A stretch of DNA of 64,000 bases. Origin: Candidatus Woesebacteria bacterium. GTDB taxonomy: Bacteria; Patescibacteriota; Microgenomatia; UBA1400; MFAQ01. The position numbers and the translations under genes were made by a program. Where the stretch lies: positions 193,006 to 257,005 of the forward strand of contig DAOORK010000001.1 in the NCBI GenBank assembly GCA_035389185.1, read 5' to 3'. Below are positions 28,055 to 37,547 of this stretch, piece by piece. The notes beneath the pieces are model-generated. The model was not told the DNA's origin. It saw nothing but the letters and a program-made list of their open reading frames with translations, and did not search any database. The first letter of the stretch is position 1. Each line of letters opens with the position of its first letter.

Positions 28055-28363
28055 CTAATCGCAAGTATTGTTGTCTGGGTAGATTAAAACGTCAAAAGTT
28101 CCTGAGAAGCTGTTTCCGCCACGATCAAGAATGAGGAGTCCACTGGATTCGTAATCTTTGTCACCAATACGCACATGTGCTTTGATCTCGTGAACTCGCG
28201 ACTCTCCCTCAATCATTCCCGGAATTGGTCGATGATGGGAAATATCATGAAGGATTACTTCTTCATTTTTTTGGTTTTTAACTGAGACTGATTTTCCCAA
28301 AAATAAACCGAGAAGCTCGTCTTTGGAAAGGGAAACCCTAATACTTTCTTTACAAGATTCCAT
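28055..28363 (-). CDS. hypothetical protein
   Basis: 102 aa ORF. Confidence 0.45.
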   Translation of the reverse strand: MESCKESIRVSLSKDELLGLFLGKSVSVKNQKNEEVILHDISHHRPIPGMIEGESRVHEIKAHVRIGDKDYESSGLLILDRGGNSFSGTFDVLIYPDNNTCD

Positions 28364-28408
28364 TTTCCTCCTGTCTGTTAAAGTGTGACGTATTCTAGCA
28401 CAATAAGA

Positions 28409-28435
28409 TTGATTGAGGCCGTTTTCGAGTACAAT
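28409..28435 (+). promoter_or_regulatory. candidate promoter TTGATT-15-TACAAT upstream of tRNA-Thr
   Basis: Hexamers at 28409-28414 and 28430-28435; the spacer is short. Confidence 0.35.
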
Positions 28436-28444
28436 ATACGTATT

Positions 28445-28517
28445 GCCGAAGTAGCTCAGCTGGTAGAGCGACGGTATCGTAAACCGTAGGTAGTGGGTTC
28501 GAGTCCCACCTTCGGCT
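28445..28517 (+). tRNA. tRNA-Thr (anticodon CGT), CCA not encoded
   Basis: Acceptor GCCGAAG/CTTCGGC, D arm GCTC/GAGC, anticodon stem ACGGT/ACCGT with loop ATCGTAA, T arm GTGGG-TTCGAGT-CCCAC, followed by CTTTTTG. Confidence 0.9.
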
Positions 28518-28527
28518 CTTTTTGTTT

Positions 28528-29589
28528 CTAAAGTATGAGCATGGCGTCACCAAAGCTAAAAAACTTGTATTTTTGTTTGATTGCTTCTTGGTAAGCCCTT
28601 CCGATTAAGGAGTCTTGGAAATGAACAAGGTTCTCGAAAGTGTTTGGTTTGAGAGTTAAGGCAGAAACGAGCATCAATAGACTGGTTGAGGGTAAGTGAA
28701 AGTTGGTGATGAGACCATCGACAAACTTATATCTATATCCGGGTTGGATAAAAATATTGGTCTCTCCTTGACCTGAGTGAATTTCCCCTGCCTTATCTGA
28801 TAGTGTCTCCAAAAGCCTACAAGAAGTGGTACCTACGGCAATTATTTTTTTGCCCTCCTTTTTGGCCATGTTTAGCCTCATGGCTGATTCTTCGGTGAGG
28901 AAGTAGCGTTCGGTGTGCAGTGTCTTTGAAGTAATTTGCTCAGGAGTAACAGGCTTAAATGTACCCAAACCAACATGAAGAGTTACTTTTTCTACTTCAA
29001 TTCCTTTTTCTTTTAGATCACTCAGCAATTTTTCGGTAAAGTGAAGGCCGGCTGTAGGAGCTGCAGCACTCCCCTTCTCTCTTGCATAAACTGTTTGATA
29101 TTGTTCCCTAAGGATTTCTTCTTTTGCGTTTGAGTGAATATATGGAGGTAAGGGAGTATGGCCAATTTTGTCAATTTGATCAAAAAGATCCGATCCGGAA
29201 AGATTGAATTTTAATTCGATCTCACCGTCTTCATAAATCTGTTCAATAATGGCAAAAAAATCTTCCGAGAAGATGATCTTGATATTGGGATGGAGTTTTC
29301 CTTTGGCAATAGCTCGATAGCTGTCTACTCCCGTCTGGCTAAGAAGCAGAATTTCCAGTTTCCCGCCTGTTTCCTTGCGGCCATATAGTCTAGCCGGAAA
29401 GACTTTGGTGTCATTGATGACTAAAACAATGTTTTTGTCCAGTATTTTAACGAGATCTCGAAAAATGTGAGATGAAATCTGCTTTGTTTTTCGATTTACA
29501 ACCAAAAGACGACAGCTATCTCTAGGTTCGATGGCTTTTTGACCAATAAACTCTTGGGGAAGATCGTACTGAAAATCTGAGAGATCCAT
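28528..29589 (-). CDS. queA: S-adenosylmethionine:tRNA ribosyltransferase-isomerase
   Basis: Collinear match to QueA across the whole 353 aa (DFxYxLP, SCRLL, TTSCR, PLPPYI). Confidence 0.9.
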   Translation of the reverse strand: MDLSDFQYDLPQEFIGQKAIEPRDSCRLLVVNRKTKQISSHIFRDLVKILDKNIVLVINDTKVFPARLYGRKETGGKLEILLLSQTGVDSYRAIAKGKLHPNIKIIFSEDFFAIIEQIYEDGEIELKFNLSGSDLFDQIDKIGHTPLPPYIHSNAKEEILREQYQTVYAREKGSAAAPTAGLHFTEKLLSDLKEKGIEVEKVTLHVGLGTFKPVTPEQITSKTLHTERYFLTEESAMRLNMAKKEGKKIIAVGTTSCRLLETLSDKAGEIHSGQGETNIFIQPGYRYKFVDGLITNFHLPSTSLLMLVSALTLKPNTFENLVHFQDSLIGRAYQEAIKQKYKFFSFGDAMLIL

Positions 29590-29604
29590 GGGTATATTTT
29601 ACCT

Positions 29605-30372
29605 TTAGTGTTTTGCTTTCCACTCTGCTACAGTTTGGACAGATGACTTTCGGTATGCACAGTAATCACAGTTTGAAGCCTCTTTGGGAATATCGTTACT
29701 TACCAAGACCTTTCTAATATCTCGCAGAGTGGGTTCTACCCACGAGCTGTCCCCTTTGTGGCTGACAATACTCATATCGAATTCGAGTTTGCCATCAAAT
29801 TTTGGTCTGTTTTTCGTTGCATTGGCAAATACAAAGTATCCTGTGTCGGAAACAGGGAACCCGAGCTTTCTGAAAACCCATTGGTAGACCTCCATTTGGC
29901 GCTTGTATGCCTGTTTGTACTCATCTTCGAGGGATATCTCTTTTTCGGTACTGGTGGCCTTGTAATCGACAATAACTAGCTCGCCTTGGGGATTGACCCA
30001 AAGATCATCAACGAGTCCGTTTACTAAGATGTTGGATTTTTCATCAAGGGCAATGGCTCCTTCGAATCTGGTGATCTCTCCTCTCCAACGAGGTAAATCT
30101 TGATGTTGAAAAGGTATGGCCTCAACTTGATACTTTTTCATCAGATCATTTGTTTGACCATCCTTTCGGAGAAGATCGAACTCGTTTTTTAGAAGATTGT
30201 CGACAGCATTGTTAAGGGTAAAGGGAGGTGTGGAAGGCCGAGTGACTCCAAGGCGGACATCCATGTAAAAACAACGAGGACATTGGGTAAATAATTCAAT
30301 TTTGGAACGACTTAACTGGAAAGGATCGGGGGAACCGGGATCAAATAGTTTTTTGGCGCGACGGTAATTCAT
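29605..30372 (-). CDS. PD-(D/E)xK nuclease, Cas4/RecB-like with Fe-S cysteines
   Basis: N-terminal CPRCFY, motif II DDLW, motif III VIVDYK, QxxxY (QMEVY) and C-terminal CDYCAY. Confidence 0.7.
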   Translation of the reverse strand: MNYRRAKKLFDPGSPDPFQLSRSKIELFTQCPRCFYMDVRLGVTRPSTPPFTLNNAVDNLLKNEFDLLRKDGQTNDLMKKYQVEAIPFQHQDLPRWRGEITRFEGAIALDEKSNILVNGLVDDLWVNPQGELVIVDYKATSTEKEISLEDEYKQAYKRQMEVYQWVFRKLGFPVSDTGYFVFANATKNRPKFDGKLEFDMSIVSHKGDSSWVEPTLRDIRKVLVSNDIPKEASNCDYCAYRKSSVQTVAEWKAKH

Positions 30373-30426
30373 ATCCCCATGCTAGCATGAATTACCAAAA
30401 AAGCGTACCAGATATGGGTTTAGATA

Positions 30427-31515
30427 TTATCCTTCCAACAATTCAAGTCCTTTTACCGGAGGAAGGGTTTGGCCTGCAACTCCCTGAATACTGCCGTAGA
30501 TGCCCGCAGTGCTAAGAAGAATTCGCTGGGCTTGGGCTTCACGCTCTTTCCAAAGTTTTTCAAAAGCGGCTCTTTCTTTTTGTATTTGCTGTTGCATATT
30601 TTGGTGGACCTCAATAATACTTTGTATCTGCTGAACAAAGTCATCACTGGTTAGATAGCTATATATCATCTCGGCTTTGGTTCCTCGGTCTTTGTTGTTG
30701 TGTTTTTCGCGAGCGATGTCTACCAGATTTTTGCGAAGAATTTCAGCTAAAGGTTGGGTAAAGGCAGGTTCAGTGACCCATACTCCTTCATAAAAACCGA
30801 AGCCTGTCTTGATGGTTTTGGGTAAAACTGTGGTGACAATGACAGGGATATTGGCTTTGGAGGCACGAAGATCGTCTTTTAGTTTTGTGGCCCAGTCGTC
30901 GACCCAGGCCTTGGTTCTTTTTGACTCCCAAAGAATAACACCGCACACCGTACCAAGAGATGTTCTTACTGTTTGACTGATGTCTGCGCCACGGACTCCT
31001 TTTCCAACGGGATTAATTTCATCATGAGGAAAGGCGACACGAAGATAGTCTTCGAGATCAAGTTCTTGAACCTCTCCTTGAAGCTGTTGTGAACTTTGGC
31101 TCGCTTTAAGTTGAGCATTTTCTAAGGCTTTCTTGAGATCACCAATCACTTTGTCCTTTTCCATATCCTTGAGCCGGTGAGCATCACTGGCTTCGACTAG
31201 GGTTTGCTGACGAATTTTATTTCTTTCTTCATCCAACTGACGTTGTTTCTCCAGTTCAAAAGATCTCTTTTCGTCTTCAAGTTTGAGTTTTTCCTGTCGG
31301 AGTTTGAGCTCTTCATCTCGACTTTCGTCAAGTTTGGCGGTTTTTAATTTGAGCTCTTCTTTAAGAACCTTTAAATCCTCCTCACCTTTTTCCACGAAAC
31401 GTTTTTCAAGTTTTTGGGTGAGTTCTTTTTCCAGATCCTCTTTTATTGTCTGACTTAGTGCTTCGGTGATCTCTATTTCCTCACCGCAGCTGGGACATTT
31501 GATTGTATTGGCCAT
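30427..31515 (-). CDS. zinc-ribbon plus long coiled-coil protein (DUF2130-like)
   Basis: N-terminal CPSCGEEI, about 130 aa of E/K/L-rich heptads, and a conserved C-terminal globular part. Confidence 0.45.
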   Translation of the reverse strand: MANTIKCPSCGEEIEITEALSQTIKEDLEKELTQKLEKRFVEKGEEDLKVLKEELKLKTAKLDESRDEELKLRQEKLKLEDEKRSFELEKQRQLDEERNKIRQQTLVEASDAHRLKDMEKDKVIGDLKKALENAQLKASQSSQQLQGEVQELDLEDYLRVAFPHDEINPVGKGVRGADISQTVRTSLGTVCGVILWESKRTKAWVDDWATKLKDDLRASKANIPVIVTTVLPKTIKTGFGFYEGVWVTEPAFTQPLAEILRKNLVDIAREKHNNKDRGTKAEMIYSYLTSDDFVQQIQSIIEVHQNMQQQIQKERAAFEKLWKEREAQAQRILLSTAGIYGSIQGVAGQTLPPVKGLELLEG

Positions 31516-31556
31516 ATGTTTTGATTAATTCTACAATTGACGGTATCATTTAGCTA

Positions 31557-31760
31557 ATGAAGATAACAGTTGATAAAAACAAATGTATTGGTTGCAATAT
31601 GTGTGAGGATATTTCGGAAGGAGCAATGGGGATAAAGTTTGGTAAAGAAGGAAAGGCTGACGTTGATCCAAAAGCCGACCTGACAGATCATGCGGTGGTA
31701 TCAAACTTGAAACTGGCAGCTGAAACCTGCCCGATGCAGGCTATCAAAGTTGAGGAGTAA
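31557..31760 (+). CDS. ferredoxin (single Fe-S cluster, 67 aa)
   Basis: CIGCNMCEDI...CPMQAI with the spacing of small [3Fe/4Fe-4S] ferredoxins. Confidence 0.75.
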   Translation: MKITVDKNKCIGCNMCEDISEGAMGIKFGKEGKADVDPKADLTDHAVVSNLKLAAETCPMQAIKVEE

Positions 31761-32066
31761 TCAAAAATCTCTCATTTTGTCTAAATACTTCTGGATTTGT
31801 CTTTTGGCTTGATTTTTGACTCTTATTATTCCGTCGAGAAGTACTTTGTGTGTGTCTTTGATGTTTATTGGACAGCCGGGAAGGTTCATATCAAACTTGA
31901 TTTCGTAGCCCGAACGAGTTTTCTTTTCGATTGAGAGCGAGGCAACTTTGAGATCTTCCTGATAGTGTTTTAGATATTTTCCAAGACCGTTTTCGAACTT
32001 AGTTTCAATCCTTTTTTTGAGACGATCGCTTAGGATCATCTTTTGGAGATTGAAAATTATGTTCAT
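31761..32066 (-). CDS. hpf: ribosome hibernation promoting factor / RaiA family
   Basis: 101 aa; LSDRLKKRIETKFE-LGKYL and LLDGIIRVKNQAKRQIQKYLDK parallel the HPF beta-alpha-beta pattern. Confidence 0.6.
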   Translation of the reverse strand: MNIIFNLQKMILSDRLKKRIETKFENGLGKYLKHYQEDLKVASLSIEKKTRSGYEIKFDMNLPGCPINIKDTHKVLLDGIIRVKNQAKRQIQKYLDKMRDF

Positions 32067-32112
32067 AAATAGATTATAGCAATCGGGGCAAAATTTCTCT
32101 TATAATGAAGTT

Positions 32113-33042
32113 GTGAAGAGAATATTTATGGCTATTTTGATGGGCTTGGTTTTGGGTTTGGTATGGTATGGAATAAGAAACAAAGGAACCGTTTATCAAG
32201 TGATAAGGGAAGTTAGTCAATCCAGAATATATTTACAGAGAGACCAAGACTCAAAGTTTATTGCCGATTGGAAAGCTGAAGACCTCTTGAACGAGATTAA
32301 TGTGGCTCGGGAGGCATCCGGGGCAATGACGTTAAAAGAAAATATCAAACTTAATCAGGCGGCGATGTCGAGACTGTCGGTAATATTAACCGAAAATGAT
32401 TTTGACGGCTCTGTAACTGGATTAACTCGAGAAAAGGCTCTCCAAAACGCCGGATATGAGGCAAATGCAGTGGGTGAGCTGATTCTAACTAGTTTTTTTA
32501 AGTCAAATGAACCAATTGATTTTTGGAACGAAGAACAAAAATACAGAGACACTCTCTACTACAAAAACTTTCAAGATGTGGGGATCGCTGTCAAAAATGG
32601 TGATGACCGAGTGGATGTTTATATCTTGCTTGTTTCACCAAAAAAAACTTATAAACAGAGTGTCACTCCCCAAACCTCTTGGGGTGGTCCTGAACTTTGG
32701 AGTGCTATTAACAAGCGAAGAGTGGAACTGGGTGTTAATCCGCTCAAGCAGATGGATTTTTTGTGTACGATAGCTTCAATTCGTTTGAATCAACTGCTCG
32801 AGCTGGGAAAACTTGATGGTCACTCCGGATTTGTGCCCGTGCTTGAAAGGAGCGACCTTAAAGAAACGGCAGAAAAATATAATATAAGTGAGTTTTTGAT
32901 ACAGAGTTATGCTTCGGCGGACGAAGCTGTGAAGGGCTGGGAAAACACCATGGGGCATAAAGCTTTACTGTCTGGTGGCGAGTACGTGTGGGGGTGTGCT
33001 TATGCTCAGAATACTTTTGGGGTAGCAATGGCGGCGTATTAG
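32113..33042 (+). CDS. secreted/anchored protein with CAP (SCP/PR-1-like) domain(s)
   Basis: N-terminal TM; C-terminal GWENTMGHKALLSGGEYVWGCAY resembles the CAP signature. Weak call. Confidence 0.4.
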   Translation: MKRIFMAILMGLVLGLVWYGIRNKGTVYQVIREVSQSRIYLQRDQDSKFIADWKAEDLLNEINVAREASGAMTLKENIKLNQAAMSRLSVILTENDFDGSVTGLTREKALQNAGYEANAVGELILTSFFKSNEPIDFWNEEQKYRDTLYYKNFQDVGIAVKNGDDRVDVYILLVSPKKTYKQSVTPQTSWGGPELWSAINKRRVELGVNPLKQMDFLCTIASIRLNQLLELGKLDGHSGFVPVLERSDLKETAEKYNISEFLIQSYASADEAVKGWENTMGHKALLSGGEYVWGCAYAQNTFGVAMAAY

Positions 33043-33911
33043 AGAATAACGCTGTCGAGCTCGTCTTCAACCATTTCCTCTTGAGGAAGAATGTAAATAT
33101 CTCGCTGACCGTTGGAGTGAACCAACTCCCCTCCCCCTCTGACGATTTTTTCCAGTGAACGACAATATACGCAACCGTCTGATCCTTGAGGGCAGTCAAA
33201 CTTATCAAGTTTTCTGGCAAGTTTTATACGCCTGGCAATTTCCGACACTTTTTGGTGAGCAATTTTTAGATCAGGAAGTTCCTTTTCAATAAGCTGGTTA
33301 TCTGTTTCAAGATACCAATAACTTGCTTTAGAGACTTTTCTTTTTTGACAGTGATGTACCAAGAGATGATAGATCGGAAGCTGAAGTGAGTCGATTTCTT
33401 CCTTTTTCTTACCTGTTTTGAAATCGATGATGTGAACAGAGTCATCCAATTGATTGTACTCAAGCCAGTCCACCTTTCCACATAAAATAATATTTTCTTC
33501 TTCTGACAACCAATAGAAAGGCAGATCTTGTTGAATTTTTACGGCTAGATTTTTTAGTGGACCTGGATTTTCCATGACTTTTCTGAGCATGGCCTTTCCC
33601 CTTTCTTTGTAGGCATGCTCGTCGTCGATATTTTGGAAACCACCTTTATTCCCTGAGTATTGTTCCCAAATATCATCAAATTTCAAAACAAGCGATTGAT
33701 CAAAACGGGACTCGGTAGGAATAACAGATAAAGTGTCTAGCACTTCATGAACTGCTTGCCCAAGAGCAAGATGGGGAGACATAATTTGAACCTTGTGTCC
33801 GGTTTTGGCGTCTTTGTATACATTCTTTAGGAAGTATGCACGAGGACAGTGAACATAATCGTTTATTGAGGTGTGAGAAACCCAAACAGCTGAAAACTTA
33901 TCTTTGGCCAT
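33039..33911 (-). CDS. PD-(D/E)xK nuclease, Cas4/RecB-like with Fe-S cysteines (paralog of 29605..30372)
   Basis: N-terminal CPRAYF, IIDFKTGKK, QLPIY and C-terminal CPQGSDGCVYC. Confidence 0.7.
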   Translation of the reverse strand: MAKDKFSAVWVSHTSINDYVHCPRAYFLKNVYKDAKTGHKVQIMSPHLALGQAVHEVLDTLSVIPTESRFDQSLVLKFDDIWEQYSGNKGGFQNIDDEHAYKERGKAMLRKVMENPGPLKNLAVKIQQDLPFYWLSEEENIILCGKVDWLEYNQLDDSVHIIDFKTGKKKEEIDSLQLPIYHLLVHHCQKRKVSKASYWYLETDNQLIEKELPDLKIAHQKVSEIARRIKLARKLDKFDCPQGSDGCVYCRSLEKIVRGGGELVHSNGQRDIYILPQEEMVEDELDSVIL

Positions 33912-34533
33912 GGCTGGTATTATAAATCTTAATTGCTCCGCTTAACCATAGAAGTCCAAAAAGGTAACCGCCGGCTACATCGCTTGCCCAGTGAACCCCA
34001 AGATAAATGCGAGAAATACCAATTGTGGCGATCAGCAAAATTAAGATAATGGTTAAAAATATACTAAGCGGAGTTCGGTGGACTTTTTTGAGTAAGACAT
34101 AAAGCAAAAAGCCAAAAAACACTGTAAAGGCTAAGGTGTGATTGCTGGGATAACTATTATCTGTTAGCCAGGAGGTAACTCGAACCAGTGAATCGGAGGG
34201 TCTCGGACGATCAACAATCATTTTTACTAGTGCTCCAGAGAGTACTGCAATTGCCGTAAATAATGAACTAATGACAGCTTCTCTACGCAAACCGGAGAGA
34301 AATAGGATCAAAGCACCGGTAATTACAACAAAAACCATCAAGGGCTGATTGCCTAAAGTCGATACAGCACGCATGATCTGATCAAAAATTGACGAATCAA
34401 TATTTTGGATCATTTTGGAAATCGAGATATCTAGATTGAAATAAGGAATGAAATACGAGATTACCGAAAGTAACAACAGTAAGCCAAGTAAAACAAGAAA
34501 AGGACTGTTAGTTAGGTGAATTTTCTTTGTCAT
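33898..34533 (-). CDS. PAP2-family membrane phosphatase
   Basis: PSNHT and SRIYLGVHWASDVAGG acid-phosphatase motifs; multi-TM. Confidence 0.75.
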   Translation of the reverse strand: MTKKIHLTNSPFLVLLGLLLLLSVISYFIPYFNLDISISKMIQNIDSSIFDQIMRAVSTLGNQPLMVFVVITGALILFLSGLRREAVISSLFTAIAVLSGALVKMIVDRPRPSDSLVRVTSWLTDNSYPSNHTLAFTVFFGFLLYVLLKKVHRTPLSIFLTIILILLIATIGISRIYLGVHWASDVAGGYLFGLLWLSGAIKIYNTSHGQR

Positions 34534-34868
34534 TCAATAGAAATCTTATCATTGATGCCAAGTTGAAGTTGGCTAATGGTATTTTGAGGCATTTCAATTA
34601 CTGTGGAGTGTTTTGGATGGTAGAAAAACAATCTGTATGGGAGCAGATTATTTGCCGTTTTGACAATTCTGCCTTTTGAATCCAGAACGAGAACGTCAAT
34701 CGGCAGACTCAGGAATAGTGTGTGGATTCCAAAATGGGTATGAAAGACAAGGTGACGAGGAAGATGGGGATTTAATAGACCGAGAAGCCGATCGGCAAAA
34801 GATGAGGCTATTTTGGCGTCACTGGATATTAACCGTTTTAAAGATTTTTTGATAACAAATATTTTCAT
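34530..34868 (-). CDS. DUF192 family protein
   Basis: HTHFGIHTLFLSLPIDVLVLDSKGRIV matches the DUF192 core. Family assignment from memory. Confidence 0.55.
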   Translation of the reverse strand: MKIFVIKKSLKRLISSDAKIASSFADRLLGLLNPHLPRHLVFHTHFGIHTLFLSLPIDVLVLDSKGRIVKTANNLLPYRLFFYHPKHSTVIEMPQNTISQLQLGINDKISIE

Positions 34869-36157
34869 TGTTTGATTCTTTCCAAGAAAGTTGTAACGCG
34901 GTCATCCATAATAATGGAACTCGATTCAAGAGGGCGGACCAGTTTTAGACCACTAAGTGTGGTACAGCGACTAAGAGCTACATATGTCTGACCATGTGCA
35001 AAAGCACCCCGCCCAAGGTCAATAGCCACTTTTTCAAAAGTCTTTCCCTGACTCTTGTGAATAGTGATTGCCCAAGCCAAACGAAGTGGAATCTGCCTAA
35101 AGCTACCCACCTCTTTGCTTTCGAGGCTTAGGGTCTCTGGATTTAGCCTCGTTTTGTAGGCCATCCAGGTAACCGGCTCCACGGTTTCCAATTCTCCATT
35201 ATCCAGTTTCACAAGCACGTGATCGCTTCTAATCTGAAACAAAGTCCCCAAGGTGCCATTTATCCACCTGCCTTTGGGATCGTTGTTTAGAAGCATAACG
35301 CGAGAGCCGGTCTTAAGTTCCAGTAGATCGGCCGCCGGAAACTGTTTTTCCGAGAAGCTACCGGAAGTCGTGCCCTTAAAAACAATTGACTGACCTTCTA
35401 TTTCGTTAAGTTTATATAGATTTATCTTGTCTGCCTGCTCATTGGTAGCCGTTAGATAGATATGGTTTTCTAGGTAATGTTCTCCCTCAACCTGATGTTG
35501 ATTTAACTTGGCGATGTCTTCTTTTGAAGTTTGATTGTGACGAACTCGATTAAGGATGTCCACGAAATCTTTGTCTGTTTGGCGAAAGATGGTTGATAGC
35601 TCAATATATTTTATTTGACAGTAGAGACCGTCAATAAGACTGCAAAAAACTTTTGAGGAAAAGAAATATGGAGATCGATAGATGGTGTTGATAGCTTCTT
35701 GTTCTTCTCTGGTTACGACGGGCGGTAGTTGATAAAGATCTCCGACCATGATTATCTGAACACCTCCAAAAGAGGAGTTGTTTTTCCTGACCGTTTGCAG
35801 AAATACATTAATACTGTCCAATAAATCGGCCCTAACCATGGAAATTTCGTCGATAACTAGGGTTTCGAGAACTTTATAGATCTGAGAGTTTTTTAGTTTT
35901 TTTGCTTCTAGCTTTGCTCTTTCGGGGTTTACGTTTGGAGGAAACAAAAAGAATGAGTGAATCGTTTCACCTTTGACATTTACGGCGGCGACTCCTGTAG
36001 GGGCTACAACGGCAATGTTTTTCTTGGTTTGCTGACGGAAATGATCCAGCAATGTTGACTTTCCTGTGCCGGCATTACCGGTTAAAAATATGTGATCCCA
36101 GCTATTTTCCATTATCGAAAGAGCTTCTTTTGATTTTTTGTCGAGGACTATTGGCAT
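34865..36157 (-). CDS. SF1B helicase, Pif1/RecD-like
   Basis: Walker A GNAGTGKST, Walker B VIDEISMV and C-terminal TIHKSQG motif. Confidence 0.8.
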   Translation of the reverse strand: MPIVLDKKSKEALSIMENSWDHIFLTGNAGTGKSTLLDHFRQQTKKNIAVVAPTGVAAVNVKGETIHSFFLFPPNVNPERAKLEAKKLKNSQIYKVLETLVIDEISMVRADLLDSINVFLQTVRKNNSSFGGVQIIMVGDLYQLPPVVTREEQEAINTIYRSPYFFSSKVFCSLIDGLYCQIKYIELSTIFRQTDKDFVDILNRVRHNQTSKEDIAKLNQHQVEGEHYLENHIYLTATNEQADKINLYKLNEIEGQSIVFKGTTSGSFSEKQFPAADLLELKTGSRVMLLNNDPKGRWINGTLGTLFQIRSDHVLVKLDNGELETVEPVTWMAYKTRLNPETLSLESKEVGSFRQIPLRLAWAITIHKSQGKTFEKVAIDLGRGAFAHGQTYVALSRCTTLSGLKLVRPLESSSIIMDDRVTTFLERIKQ

Positions 36158-36159
36158 GC

Positions 36160-36861
36160 TTAGATAACAAGAAGATGATGATTAAGCTTAAGCCATTTTC
36201 GATGTTTTTGGTATTCTGGATCATGATTTCCGACTAGATTCCAAAAGGCCTTTCCATGATTACGATGAACCATGTGAGAAACTTCGTGAATAATGACATA
36301 ATCGACCACTTCCGGGGGTGCCATAACCAGTTTGCGATTGAAACTCAGACAGTTTGTGGGTGAACAGCTTCCCCAGATTGAGGTGACTTTTTTTAAATTG
36401 ATTCGATTGTAACTTACTCCTATTTTTTCCGAATAGTAATTGACCCTTTCTGTTATAACTTCAATCCCTTTTTCCAAATACCAGTGAAGTAGGGCATCTT
36501 TGATCTTTTTGGAAGACTCTTCCTGATTAGTGTTTCGGAAGATGCCGATACTAATCTCTTCATCAATAATTTGAATCGGACATCGGCCAGGGGTATCTAC
36601 TGTTTCGATTTTTAGAGAATATTCTTTTCCAAAAAATAAATGTTTCTCACCATCTTGATATCTTTTTTCATTTTTTTGCGATTTAATTTTTTCCAGACTT
36701 TTTTCAATCCAGTTTGTTTTTTCTTTCAAGAAATTATCAATGATGATATTGGGGGTCCAAAAAGGCGCGCGAACAACAACACCCCTTTCAGGAGTGATCC
36801 TAATGCTGATATTCGACAGTATTTTTTTGCTTCTTACAATTTGATATTTGAAGCTTTGCAC
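36160..36861 (-). CDS. DUF45/YgjP-like zinc-dependent hydrolase (SprT/M48-related)
   Basis: HEVSHMVHRNHGKAFW HExxH-plus-H motif. Confidence 0.7.
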   Translation of the reverse strand: MQSFKYQIVRSKKILSNISIRITPERGVVVRAPFWTPNIIIDNFLKEKTNWIEKSLEKIKSQKNEKRYQDGEKHLFFGKEYSLKIETVDTPGRCPIQIIDEEISIGIFRNTNQEESSKKIKDALLHWYLEKGIEVITERVNYYSEKIGVSYNRINLKKVTSIWGSCSPTNCLSFNRKLVMAPPEVVDYVIIHEVSHMVHRNHGKAFWNLVGNHDPEYQKHRKWLKLNHHLLVI

Positions 36862-36887
36862 GAAGATAATTGTAAACTAAACAAAAA

Positions 36888-37487
36888 CTAATGGAGATAC
36901 TCGATAGAGTAGATTATTTTTTCGGATAAAGGGAAGTCATATGAACCCTGTCCACCAGATTTGACGATGATGAATAAATATTTATTCTGATCCTGGGGTA
37001 GATAAAAATAAGACATTTGATCGTCATATTCTTGAGATGAAAAAGTGTAAGCTGTCTGGGAACCAATGGCTACTGGTGAAATCGATTCCATCAAAGTGAA
37101 ATCATTATTAATCTTCTGTTGTTTTTCATCAATATCTGTTTCTACAGCTGTGTTGATACTGTCGGTAGGAGAAAGAATTTTTTGAGCAATAGAAATATTA
37201 ACCGATTTATCTTTTTGCAAAACAACATCACCATTACGGCTATTTTTGACAGATACCTCCGAAGGATGGCGGATTTTGTAACCATAATAATTGTTTACAA
37301 AGGTTTGCCAGCCTGCATAGTAACCTGGATCAACAATGGTAGGTGGTGAATTTCTCTGGCTAGTACTAAGACCAGCAATTAGTGGTGAAACGAGTACTTT
37401 TTGACTTTGGTTTCGATACTCTTTTACGATCGTCCCAGCCGAAACCGTGATCAATATGGTAAAAGCCAATACTGATATAAACCTCAT
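36888..37487 (-). CDS. secreted hypothetical protein
   Basis: Signal peptide MRFISVLAFTILITVSAG. Confidence 0.45.
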   Translation of the reverse strand: MRFISVLAFTILITVSAGTIVKEYRNQSQKVLVSPLIAGLSTSQRNSPPTIVDPGYYAGWQTFVNNYYGYKIRHPSEVSVKNSRNGDVVLQKDKSVNISIAQKILSPTDSINTAVETDIDEKQQKINNDFTLMESISPVAIGSQTAYTFSSQEYDDQMSYFYLPQDQNKYLFIIVKSGGQGSYDFPLSEKIIYSIEYLH

Positions 37488-37547
37488 CTTGTAACTGATG
37501 TTACATTTTCAGTTTAATACTGTCTTGTAAAGATTTCAATGTGTATC

